The notes below the pieces were generated by a model. It did no database searches. It was not told the DNA's origin and saw only the letters and a list, made by a program, of their open reading frames with translations. A stretch of DNA of 16,278 nucleotides. It comes from Chlamydiota bacterium (lineage in GTDB: Bacteria; Auribacterota; Tritonobacteria; UBA1439). The stretch lies in NCBI GenBank assembly GCA_037133055.1, contig JBAXOY010000072.1, positions 1 through 16,278 of the forward strand, written 5' to 3'. This document shows positions 1 to 9,462 of this stretch, piece after piece. Numbering within the stretch: the stretch's first letter is position 1; the number at the start of each line of letters is the position of its first letter. The translations under genes and the position numbers were made by a program.

Positions 1-1554
<1,554 letters not shown>

Positions 1555-1597
1555 TCAGGGGTGGTCCCGCCGGGAGGACGCGGCCCCCGGCAGGCTC

Positions 1598-1954
1598 CTA
1601 TCCCCGGGGTCTCCAGCAGAGCCCCAGCGTGAACGCCACGCCGGCGCAGTTCGCCATAAAATCGAGGGCGCTGCATTCGCGGTATGGCAGGAACGCCTGA
1701 TAGAGCTCGAGCGCGCCTCCGTACGCGACCGCGACAATCGCCGTGTAGGCGGCCGCCATGGTGATGACCCGGGTCTTCGATGAATGGATGAACATCCGGT
1801 ACAGGAGAAAGGCGAATATCGCGTACTCGACGAAGTGGATGACCTTGTCCTCCTGGGGGAACAGCAGACACACGGAGGGCTGGGACTTCGCGGTGGCGCC
1901 GATGAACATCAGGACCGCCCACAGAACCGCACAGATCGCATAGGGCCGAGCCAT
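1598..1954 (-). CDS. VanZ-like family membrane protein (118 aa)
   Basis: C-terminal part of ORF 1598..2359, starting at ATG 1954 just after the upstream stop at 1956-1958. Hydrophobic, with VanZ-type motifs DKVIHFVEY, ELYQAFLPYR and SALDFMAN. Confidence 0.88.
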   Translation of the reverse strand: MARPYAICAVLWAVLMFIGATAKSQPSVCLLFPQEDKVIHFVEYAIFAFLLYRMFIHSSKTRVITMAAAYTAIVAVAYGGALELYQAFLPYRECSALDFMANCAGVAFTLGLCWRPRG

Positions 1955-1955
1955 G

Positions 1956-2681
1956 TCAACGCCCCGCCTCCAGGCGCACCGCGAGAAACTCCGGCAGCCC
2001 CGCGGCGATGATCTTGTCCTGGGCGCTCCGGATATCGTACTCCACGCGGCGGATTTCGACCTGACGGCGTGCCGTGTCGTACACCCCGTAGCTCGCGCGG
2101 GCGTCTCCGTCCCGCGGCTGGCCCACGCTGCCGACATTGACGATATAACGGGCTTTCGGATCGAGCGTCGTCGTCTCCGACCGGTGAATGGTGAGCGCGC
2201 CGTTTTCCCCCCTGAATGCGATCGGTACATGCGAGTGCCCGATGAAACAGGCGCGCGACGGGAGGAGATCGAGGCAGCGCCGCGCCGCGGCGTAGTCGAG
2301 GATATAGCCCCACTCCCTCGGGCACGAGAGCGACGAGTGCACGATCGTGAAACCGTCATACTCGCGGATCAGGGGGAGTCCCTTCAGCCACGCCGCCTCG
2401 CCCGCGTCCAGTCTTCCCGCCGTCCATTCGATCGCCTTCTTTGCGAAGGGGTTGAAATACTCGAGCGGGGTCTCGCCTATCGCCGCGGAGTCGTGGTTCC
2501 CCTGGACCACCTCGATTCCGAGTGACCGGATCCGCCGGATGCAGGAGGCCGGCTCGGCGCCGTATCCCACGATGTCGCCGAGACAGATCCGGATGTCGGC
2601 GCGGGCCTTTTCCATGTCGAGGAAGACCGCCTCGAGCGCCTCGGTGTTGCCGTGGATGTCTCCGAAGATCGCGTAGCGCAT
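1956..2681 (-). CDS. Calcineurin-like metallophosphoesterase (241 aa)
   Basis: Motifs GDIHGN, LGDIVGYG, GNHD, VHS, GHSH and NVGSVGQPRDGD; SD-like AAGGGG upstream. Confidence 0.95.
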   Translation of the reverse strand: MRYAIFGDIHGNTEALEAVFLDMEKARADIRICLGDIVGYGAEPASCIRRIRSLGIEVVQGNHDSAAIGETPLEYFNPFAKKAIEWTAGRLDAGEAAWLKGLPLIREYDGFTIVHSSLSCPREWGYILDYAAARRCLDLLPSRACFIGHSHVPIAFRGENGALTIHRSETTTLDPKARYIVNVGSVGQPRDGDARASYGVYDTARRQVEIRRVEYDIRSAQDKIIAAGLPEFLAVRLEAGR

Positions 2682-2726
2682 GTGCCCCTTATACCAAATC
2701 CTGCCGGAAGATTACACTGCGGACGC

Positions 2727-3875
2727 TCAGCGCAGCCCCCGGTACAGCTCCAGATACCGGATCACGATCCGGTTCGCCGCGCACTGTCGCTCGACCGTCT
2801 CGCGCGCCGCCGCGCCCATCCGCCCGGCCCTTTCCCCGTCATCGAGGATCGCCTTGAGCGCCTCCGCCAGCGCCTCCGGGTTTGACGGCTCGACCAGAAG
2901 CCCGTTTTCTCCGTCGCGCACGAGGTCCTTCACCCCCCCCACGTTCGCCGCCGCGCAGGGGAGCCCGCACGCCATCGCTTCGAGGAGCGCGTTCGGCATC
3001 CCCTCGGAGAGGGAGTGGAGCACGAACGAGTCGCACGCGCGGAGGATCCCGGCTACGTCGCGCCGCGGGCCGAGGAACCGTACGCGCGCCGCGATCCCGA
3101 GCTCCCCGGCCATACATTCCAGCTCCGCGCGGGAGGCCCCGTCGCCGACGACCACGAGCGCGGCCCCGCGGTCGTCCCCGAGGCGCGCCCACGCGTCGAG
3201 CAGGCAGGCGAGCTCTTTCTGGGGCGAAAGGCGCCCGACGGAGGCGACAATCGCGCCGGAGGGCGGGAGGCCGAGCGCCCGCCTGAGCGCGGCCTTCTCC
3301 GCGGCGCGTGCGGGGCGGAACGCGCCCGTGTCCACAAAATTGGGGATCGCGGCGATCAGCGCCTCGCGCACCCCGATGGCGCGAAGCTCGTCCCCCGTCT
3401 CGCGGCTCACGGCCACGAACCTGTCCGCGCGCGTCGAGATCGCGAGCAAAACTCGGGCTCCCTTCAAACGCCGCATCCCCGCGATGTCGCCGAACGCGCC
3501 GCCACAGGCGATCTTCACGACGACCCGCTTGTTCAGGGCCTTTGCGGCCAGCACCGCCGCCGCGGTGTGGATATACATGCCGTGGCAGTGGATGATCTCA
3601 TAACGCCTCCGCTCGCGAAGGAGAAACCGCGCCGTGCTCGCGAGATAGCCGATCCCGTAACGCCATCTCCGCGCCGGCGCATAAATCTCGCGGCACACCG
3701 CAAGGCCGTCCATGACTTCCCGGAGCGGGAGTCCCTCCACGCGCTGGGTGAGCACGAACGCCTCGCCGCCCTCCGCCAAAAGCGCGCGGGCGAGCGCCTC
3801 CGCCTGCTTCTCGGCGCCCCCGACGGCGGGGCGGAAATTGGCGCATATCATGCAGACGCGGGGGCTGTCGCCCAT
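2727..3875 (-). CDS. Glycosyltransferase family 4 (GT-B)
   Basis: Motifs PAVGGAEKQ, IPNFVD, VGRLSPQK and EGMPNALLEAMACG (EX7E). Start placed at ATG 3875 (MGDSPRV) with AAGGA 5 nt upstream; the ORF-track extension to 3944 runs through a repeat. Confidence 0.95.
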   Translation of the reverse strand: MGDSPRVCMICANFRPAVGGAEKQAEALARALLAEGGEAFVLTQRVEGLPLREVMDGLAVCREIYAPARRWRYGIGYLASTARFLLRERRRYEIIHCHGMYIHTAAAVLAAKALNKRVVVKIACGGAFGDIAGMRRLKGARVLLAISTRADRFVAVSRETGDELRAIGVREALIAAIPNFVDTGAFRPARAAEKAALRRALGLPPSGAIVASVGRLSPQKELACLLDAWARLGDDRGAALVVVGDGASRAELECMAGELGIAARVRFLGPRRDVAGILRACDSFVLHSLSEGMPNALLEAMACGLPCAAANVGGVKDLVRDGENGLLVEPSNPEALAEALKAILDDGERAGRMGAAARETVERQCAANRIVIRYLELYRGLR

Positions 3876-3911
3876 TTCATTCCTTGCATCAGGGTTCAGG
3901 TAACAGTGTAA

Positions 3912-3967
3912 ATCTGCGTTCATCTGCGGCGATCTGCGTCCCATTTCTCCGCGTCCTTCGTGGTGAA
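3912..3967. repeat. Composite intergenic repeat: 3 x 10-bp ATCTGCGNNN units plus a CTCCGCGTC/CTTCGTGGT 9-bp pair
   Basis: ATCTGCGTTC ATCTGCGGCG ATCTGCGTCC at 3912-3941, then ctccgcgtccttcgtggtgaa at 3947-3967. Confidence 0.8.
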
Positions 3968-3974
3968 TCCCATT

Positions 3975-5345
3975 TTAATCCGCGTCCGGCAGTTCGCAGA
4001 TCGTATACCGGTGCTTCCCGCTTTTCGAGGGCTCGATCCTGTCCACGATCTCGCAGCGGACCACGCACCCCTCCCCCATCACGCGCCTGATCCCGACGGC
4101 CAGCGAAGGGAATGCCTGTTCCCATGCGGCCCGTCCCCCCCCGCCCCGGAGGACGACCCTGATCTCGATCCTGTCGATCGCGCGCTGGATCACCTGGAAC
4201 CGCTCGACGCACTCGAGGCCGTAGAAGAGATGCGTGAAGTACTCCCCGTCCACCCGCGTTCCCGCGGCATTCCTGAACAGGTCCACGACCCTGCCGGAGA
4301 CCCGTTCGAGCAGCGGGAGCCCCCTCCCGCACGGACATGCGCCGGCCGCCTTCACGGCGAGGTCTCCTATCTCGTACCGGATGAGCGGCATCGTGAAATT
4401 GGTGAGGACCGTCACGACCACCCGGCCCGCCTCCCCCGGGGCGCACTCCTCTCCCCGGTCGTCCAGGATCTCGACATATTTCCCGAGCGCATCGACATGC
4501 AGCCCCCGGTGCGCGCCGCATTCGCAGGCGATGTTGCCGGCCTCGCGCGAGCCGTACCGGTTGAAGACCCGGCATCGGAACATCGATTCGACCGTTTCCC
4601 TCTGTCCCGGCAGGAGGACGCCCGCCGTCGAGATGATGCCGCGCGGGGAATGGATTTCCATCTTCTCGCGCGCGATATATCGCGCGAACTCCGCGATCGA
4701 CTGGGCGTAGGCCTCGATCAGAACGGGCTTGAGCCGGTTGATCGCGCCCGCGTAGGCGCGCATCCGCTCGTCGGACATCAGGAAGCTGTTGAGGAGACTC
4801 ACACTCTCGATGCGGGCAATCCTCCTGCTCACCCGGTCTCCCTCCGCGCCCGCGATATCCTTCTCCGAGCCCCAGAGCTTGACCAGCGGCTCTCCGAAAC
4901 GCCTTTCGGCCCACCCGTACATGAGCGCGGTGACGGCCCAGTCCCAATCCTCGTAGACGGCGTCCTGGACGAAGCGCACCGGCTCCCCGGTCGAGCCCCC
5001 TGAGGTAGTGGGGTACCAGCCGGGGGCGGGGTCGGGATCGAGGAGATCATCCGATCGCGTCCTGAGTATCTCCTTCGTGAGGAGCGGGAATTTTTTTAAT
5101 TCGTCCCGGATCTCCGCCGCGTCCGGCATCAGGCCATTCTCCCGCGCGGTTTCGCGGTAGTACGGGACACGCGAGACCGCGCGGGAGAGGAGCAGCCGCA
5201 GCCGATCCCCCTGGCGCTCCGTGATCTCCGCGGGGGAAGCCCACTGCGCGCGAGAGAGATGCCGGTACGCACGGATCCTTCCCCGCCCGTTCTTCATGTC
5301 GGAGAGCGCGTAATAGAGGGCGACAACCGTGTTTCTCCCGTTCAT
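3975..5345 (-). CDS. Phenylacetate-CoA ligase / CapK-like adenylate-forming enzyme (456 aa)
   Basis: Motifs FPLLTKE, TTSGGSTGEP (P-loop-like), NRYGSREAG, TMPLIRYEIGD and GR..D; ATGA overlap with the upstream DUF362 gene. Confidence 0.92.
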   Translation of the reverse strand: MNGRNTVVALYYALSDMKNGRGRIRAYRHLSRAQWASPAEITERQGDRLRLLLSRAVSRVPYYRETARENGLMPDAAEIRDELKKFPLLTKEILRTRSDDLLDPDPAPGWYPTTSGGSTGEPVRFVQDAVYEDWDWAVTALMYGWAERRFGEPLVKLWGSEKDIAGAEGDRVSRRIARIESVSLLNSFLMSDERMRAYAGAINRLKPVLIEAYAQSIAEFARYIAREKMEIHSPRGIISTAGVLLPGQRETVESMFRCRVFNRYGSREAGNIACECGAHRGLHVDALGKYVEILDDRGEECAPGEAGRVVVTVLTNFTMPLIRYEIGDLAVKAAGACPCGRGLPLLERVSGRVVDLFRNAAGTRVDGEYFTHLFYGLECVERFQVIQRAIDRIEIRVVLRGGGGRAAWEQAFPSLAVGIRRVMGEGCVVRCEIVDRIEPSKSGKHRYTICELPDAD

Positions 5346-6823
5346 ACTTCAAGCTCGATGTGGCCGGCCCAGCTCGCCGGTGGCCTGAAAAGAAGCGTCT
5401 CGGATCGGGGGATTTCCGAGACGCGGACGCCTGACCACGGCGGGTGATTCGACCGGAGGGAGATGTCTCCCGGGCGTCGGATGCCGGACGGAGCGATCGC
5501 GAGCGAAAACGCGTCCCTGATATGCGGTATCTTCCCCGGGTCGAACCCCATGATCTTCGCCACCGCCGAATCGACCGCGGGGGCATTGAGGCCTATCGCC
5601 AGGAAGCCGGAGTGGACCGGGTCGGGCCCCAGCGGCCCCTCTCCCTCGCCCGCGATGATCCCGTCCGCGATGACGAGCTGCGTCCGCTGCGGGGAGTCCC
5701 GCATCTCGCCGCGCAGGTCCGAGAACGTTATGATTGCGTTCAGGTCGCAGATCATCGCCCCGATCGTCTCGTTCCCCCACCAGCTCCCCTCCCGATACGG
5801 GTCTTTCCGGGAACGGCGGATCAGCCCATTTACGGCCTGCAGCACGGGCCGGAGCGCGCGCAGCGGGGCCCGCCGTCCCCGTATCCCCGCCTCGTCCATG
5901 AGCTCCTGGAGACGCGTGGCCCATCGTTTAAGCGCGCTCCGGCGCAGGTACTCGTCCCCGCCCTCCGCCCTTGACCCGAGCCGGTGATGGGGCAGGCAGG
6001 CCTTTTCGCCGGCGGCGCCCACCATGTTTTTCATCGCGATCGAAACGCCGGCTTTCCGGTGGGCCTTCGGCTTCGGCATGTTAATGATCACGTCCGCTTC
6101 GAGCACGCCCCGCGGGATGAGGTACCGGTGCCTGCCGTCGCCGTGATAACGCCGCATCACCCGGGGGCTGTAGTTCGTCACACGGTAGCGCGCCTCGTCC
6201 CCGGCGAGACAGCTTCGCCCCCCGAGGTCCACGGCGACGGTGCGACCCGGGTCGTTGTTCAGTGTTCTGAGCCCGCGGACCGCCCCGTGCGCATCTTTCA
6301 AAGCCATCGCGCTCCGGAGGTCGAGGAGTTCCAGCGCGAAGCCGGCCTCGCGCCCGTAGAACTCCGCGATCGCCGCGCAGCCGTTGAGCTCGGTGATTTT
6401 TCCGAAGTCACACGCCTGGAGCGGCGCGTCGGCGATGATGATGCGGCCGTTCCCGCCGAGGGCCCTGTACGCGTAGTCCACGACCGGCCGTATGACGGAC
6501 CCCCACGTGATCACGCTCCCGATATCGAGGCCCCGCTCGTGGACATGCATCACCATGTTCGGCTTGATCAGCACGGTGTTCCCGGGTCTGATGATGCCGC
6601 CGAGCGGGTTCCACAGGGGAGTCCCGAAACGCCCCCCGTCCAGTCCGTAGTTCGCGAGAAGATCTCTCACGCGACCGTAGTCCCTGTTTTCGGATCCGGA
6701 CATGGCTCGGAACGGGTATTCCGGGTAGCGCGCAGACGGGTGGTACGGCGCTTCCCCGCTGTATGCGGAGGCGTCTGTCCGCAGCAGGTAGACGATACCG
6801 GGATCGATGCTCGCCGCGGCCAT
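5342..6823 (-). CDS. DUF362 domain protein (~493 aa)
   Basis: Motifs VLIKPN, IIIADAP, INMPKPKAHRKAGVSIAMKNMVG, CLPHH, ADGIIAGEGEGP and AVDSAVAKIMGFDP. Start ATG 6823 with GGAGG at 6833-6837. Confidence 0.88.
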   Translation of the reverse strand: MAAASIDPGIVYLLRTDASAYSGEAPYHPSARYPEYPFRAMSGSENRDYGRVRDLLANYGLDGGRFGTPLWNPLGGIIRPGNTVLIKPNMVMHVHERGLDIGSVITWGSVIRPVVDYAYRALGGNGRIIIADAPLQACDFGKITELNGCAAIAEFYGREAGFALELLDLRSAMALKDAHGAVRGLRTLNNDPGRTVAVDLGGRSCLAGDEARYRVTNYSPRVMRRYHGDGRHRYLIPRGVLEADVIINMPKPKAHRKAGVSIAMKNMVGAAGEKACLPHHRLGSRAEGGDEYLRRSALKRWATRLQELMDEAGIRGRRAPLRALRPVLQAVNGLIRRSRKDPYREGSWWGNETIGAMICDLNAIITFSDLRGEMRDSPQRTQLVIADGIIAGEGEGPLGPDPVHSGFLAIGLNAPAVDSAVAKIMGFDPGKIPHIRDAFSLAIAPSGIRRPGDISLRSNHPPWSGVRVSEIPRSETLLFRPPASWAGHIELEV

Positions 6824-6824
6824 T

Positions 6825-8372
6825 TCAGGCGACCTCCGTCCGCCAGTTCCGGATAAGGCGCGAAACACAGCCGAGTTCCTCGACGCCGAGCGCCCGCGCC
6901 GCCCCGGTGAATATGCTGATCCCCGCGCACACCGCGGCGGCCATGCGCGCCGCCGGCCCGCAGGCGGACGCGCGGCAGGCCGCCATGACGAGGCACATCC
7001 CGCCCGCCATCGCCGCCGTGCAGAGCGAGATCCACAGCAGCCCCGGGATGATCCCTCGGCCGCCCAGCGAGCCGATCCGCCGCGCCAGGGGCCGGTAGAA
7101 CATGCCCATCGCGATGACCTGCACGAGCGAGGTCGAAAGGGCGATCCCGGCCGCCGGAGGGTGGATCAGGAGGATGAAAAGGAGGTTCAGGGCTATGTTC
7201 ATTCCCACTCCCGCGAACGCGACCCTGATGAGGATCCCCATGTCGCGAAAGGCGAGGTGCGCCCGGACGAGGATGATACAGACCGTGTAGAAGAAAAGCT
7301 GGAGCGCGTAGCAGGCGAATATGGCCGAGGTCAGGTCTGTGGCGCCCCGGTCGAACGCCCCGCGCTGGAAGAGAAGTCCGATGAGCGGCCGGGCGAGGAT
7401 GACGAGCGCCGCGGTCATCGGCAGGAAGATGAAGCCCGCCATCCGGATACTCTTCGCGAGGGAATCCTTCATCTCCCCGATCCTGTCCCCGGCGGCCTGC
7501 ATCGAGAAAAAGGGGAACACCGCGGTGGCGAGCGAGGCGGTAAAGATGGCGATGGGGACCATCACGAGCTTCGCCGCGTAGGAGAGCGCCGCGAGGCTCC
7601 CGGGCATAAGGTACGATGCCATGACGCTGTCGACGAAAATGTTAATCTGCGCGGCCGTGATGCCGATGACGAACAGCAGCGCCCCCGACGTCATTTCCCG
7701 CAGGGCGGGATGCCCGCGCGCCCCGGCCAATCCGGGTCGAAAGCCCTCCCGTCTCGCGGCGATGAGGAGCACGGCGCACTGCGCGACAAGCCCCGCGCAC
7801 AGGCCCCACGCAAGGGTCATCACTCCCCGCGTCCGCGCGTCCAGGGCGATAAAGGCGATGGTCACGAGGGTGATGCACAGGGGCGAAAGCGCCGGCCAGA
7901 GGAAATGCCCGTGCGCGTTCAGGATTCCCGACAGCGCCCCCGCCATGCCGCTCAGGACCATGGTGAAGGCGGCGATCCTGAGAATGCGGACCGCCAGGGC
8001 GACGCCTTCGGGCGAGAGCCCCCGGAAGCCGCACCCGATGACGGCCGGGGCCCCGATGAAGAGCGCGGACGCGGCGAGGGCGAGGATGAACCCGAGGCGA
8101 CGGAGGGCCGCCGAGGCGATCCGGTTCGCCTCGGCCCCGTCCGCGAGGGAGTGCCGGACGTAGACGGGGATGAAGACGGCCCCGAAGGTCGAGAGGAGCA
8201 CATTGTTGATCAGGGAGGGGATCGCGAGCGCCGCGTAAAACGCGTCCATCGCCCGCGTGATGCCGAAGCACCCGGCGACCATGATTTCCTTGACGAGCCC
8301 CAGCGCGTGGCAGCCCGCGCTCGCCGCGATCAGGATGAGCGACGCGTGTGCGATCTTCCTGTTGGTGCTCAC
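6825..8372 (-). CDS. murJ: MurJ/MviN-family (MOP superfamily) flippase, divergent (515 aa)
   Basis: Highly hydrophobic, typical MurJ length; motifs FG....DAF..A..IP, AVFIPVY, GILNAHGHF, SYA.KL..VP, VFP, LLFQRGAFD, NIALN and AGIALSTS. Lipid II specificity is uncertain (see findings). Confidence 0.88.
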   Translation of the reverse strand: MSTNRKIAHASLILIAASAGCHALGLVKEIMVAGCFGITRAMDAFYAALAIPSLINNVLLSTFGAVFIPVYVRHSLADGAEANRIASAALRRLGFILALAASALFIGAPAVIGCGFRGLSPEGVALAVRILRIAAFTMVLSGMAGALSGILNAHGHFLWPALSPLCITLVTIAFIALDARTRGVMTLAWGLCAGLVAQCAVLLIAARREGFRPGLAGARGHPALREMTSGALLFVIGITAAQINIFVDSVMASYLMPGSLAALSYAAKLVMVPIAIFTASLATAVFPFFSMQAAGDRIGEMKDSLAKSIRMAGFIFLPMTAALVILARPLIGLLFQRGAFDRGATDLTSAIFACYALQLFFYTVCIILVRAHLAFRDMGILIRVAFAGVGMNIALNLLFILLIHPPAAGIALSTSLVQVIAMGMFYRPLARRIGSLGGRGIIPGLLWISLCTAAMAGGMCLVMAACRASACGPAARMAAAVCAGISIFTGAARALGVEELGCVSRLIRNWRTEVA

Positions 8373-8385
8373 CGGGGTCTCTCGA

Positions 8386-9240
8386 TCATTCCTCCAGCCC
8401 GTCGATGATGCCGGCCATGACGAAATCGTTCCGGGTGAGGCCGCCCGCGGCGTGCGTCGTGATGGTGATTTTCACCTTGCGCCAGATCAGGGTCACCGCG
8501 GGATGGTGCCCCTGCTCTTCCGCCAGCGAGGCGATGAGGTCGAAAAAGTATTTTGCCTCGCTGAAATCCTTGAACTCGAACTCGCGGATGAGCCGTTTCC
8601 CTTCGATCAGTCTCCACGCGGGCCGCGTCGCCGCCAGGGCCGCGACCTCCGCCTTCGGGAGCAGGGGTGCGCCCCCCTCGCAGGGGACGCACCGCGGGGC
8701 GGGGCCGGGCTTCGGGGACCCCGCCGGGGAATTCAGCACCTCGCCTAGGACGCGGAGCGCCTCCTCGTAGTCGGGGGGAGTGGTGATCTCGGTCACGACC
8801 TGCAGGTATCTCACCACGTCGTCCCCGTCCACGATGAGCACCGCGCGGGCGAGGAGATTCAGCTCCTTGATGAGGAGGCCGTAGTGTATGCCGAACGAGG
8901 AATACAGGTAGTCGGAAACGACCCGGACGTTGGTGATGTCATAGGCCTCGCAGAACCGCTTCTGGGCGAACGGGAGGTCCTTGCTGATCCCGATCACCAC
9001 GACGCCTTTCCCGAGCGCCGCCGCCCTCTTGTTGAACTCCTTGATCTGGAGATCGCACACCGGGGTGTCGATCGAGGGGAACGAGGTGATCACCTTCACC
9101 AGCCCCTTGAAATCGGCAAGCCTGACGTCTTTGAGCTCTTTCGAAGTGGCCCTGAACTCCGGCGCCGCGTCGCCCACCCGCACCGCCCGCCCGACGAGCG
9201 TGAGCGGCGCCCCCTTGAACAGCACCTCTCTCTTGTTCAT
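8386..9240 (-). CDS. tpx: Thiol peroxidase (Tpx, atypical 2-Cys peroxiredoxin) fused to pterin-4-alpha-carbinolamine dehydratase (284 aa)
   Basis: Residues 1-~170 carry FPSIDTPVCDLQ (PxxxTxxC), ISKDLPFAQKRFC and LLARAV. Residues 184-284 carry CVPCEGG, REFEFKDF, AEEQGHHP and TTHAAGGLTRNDF. SD AGGGGAGG upstream. Confidence 0.93.
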   Translation of the reverse strand: MNKREVLFKGAPLTLVGRAVRVGDAAPEFRATSKELKDVRLADFKGLVKVITSFPSIDTPVCDLQIKEFNKRAAALGKGVVVIGISKDLPFAQKRFCEAYDITNVRVVSDYLYSSFGIHYGLLIKELNLLARAVLIVDGDDVVRYLQVVTEITTPPDYEEALRVLGEVLNSPAGSPKPGPAPRCVPCEGGAPLLPKAEVAALAATRPAWRLIEGKRLIREFEFKDFSEAKYFFDLIASLAEEQGHHPAVTLIWRKVKITITTHAAGGLTRNDFVMAGIIDGLEE

Positions 9241-9271
9241 CCGCGCGCCTCCCCTTGTGTCGTACGTTGTG

Positions 9272-9280
9272 ATGATACCA
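9272..9280 (-). promoter_or_regulatory. Possible extended -10 promoter element (TGGTATCAT) for the tpx-PCD gene
   Basis: TGnTATCAT about 30 nt upstream of ATG 9240 in a locally AT-richer patch; no good -35 at 17 bp. Confidence 0.4.
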
Positions 9281-9318
9281 TATATCTGCGCTGCGTTAAT
9301 CTTCTCAATCCGCGGGGC

Positions 9319-9395
9319 GATCCATGTCCCATCGAGGATGTTGTAGCCGACGGTGAGGTGTGAGAGGGAAATGCTTTCCCGCGGAGGGCATTCAT
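9319..9395 (-). pseudogene. Possible frameshifted 5' remnant of a cation-transporter (CDF-like) gene
   Basis: ATG 9395 gives MNALRGKA; after a 1-nt shift the sequence reads SLSHLTVGYNILDGTWI, resembling the first helix (AL.LSYFTVGYN..EG) of CDF-like cation transporters. Recognised from memory only. Confidence 0.4.
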
Positions 9396-9462
9396 TGGGT
9401 AAGGGTTCCCGGGAAATGTCGGCGCCCTTCGGGTCACGGTCCCGTCGAGGAAGGCCGTCAGA

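Noticed and set aside
3876..3944. N-terminal extension of GT4 (MGRRSPQMNADLH...)
   Set aside because: It is the translation of the CGCAGAT repeat; an SD-supported start exists at 3875.
6807..8408. 533-aa + strand ORF
   Set aside because: Antisense shadow of the MurJ-like gene; low-complexity Arg/Gly/Asp composition.
9237..9437. 66-aa minus-strand ORF, or an SRP/6S/riboswitch RNA, in the mgtC-tpx spacer
   Set aside because: No SD or protein-like signal beyond the short remnant reported; the ends are direct rather than inverted repeats and RNA consensus motifs are absent.
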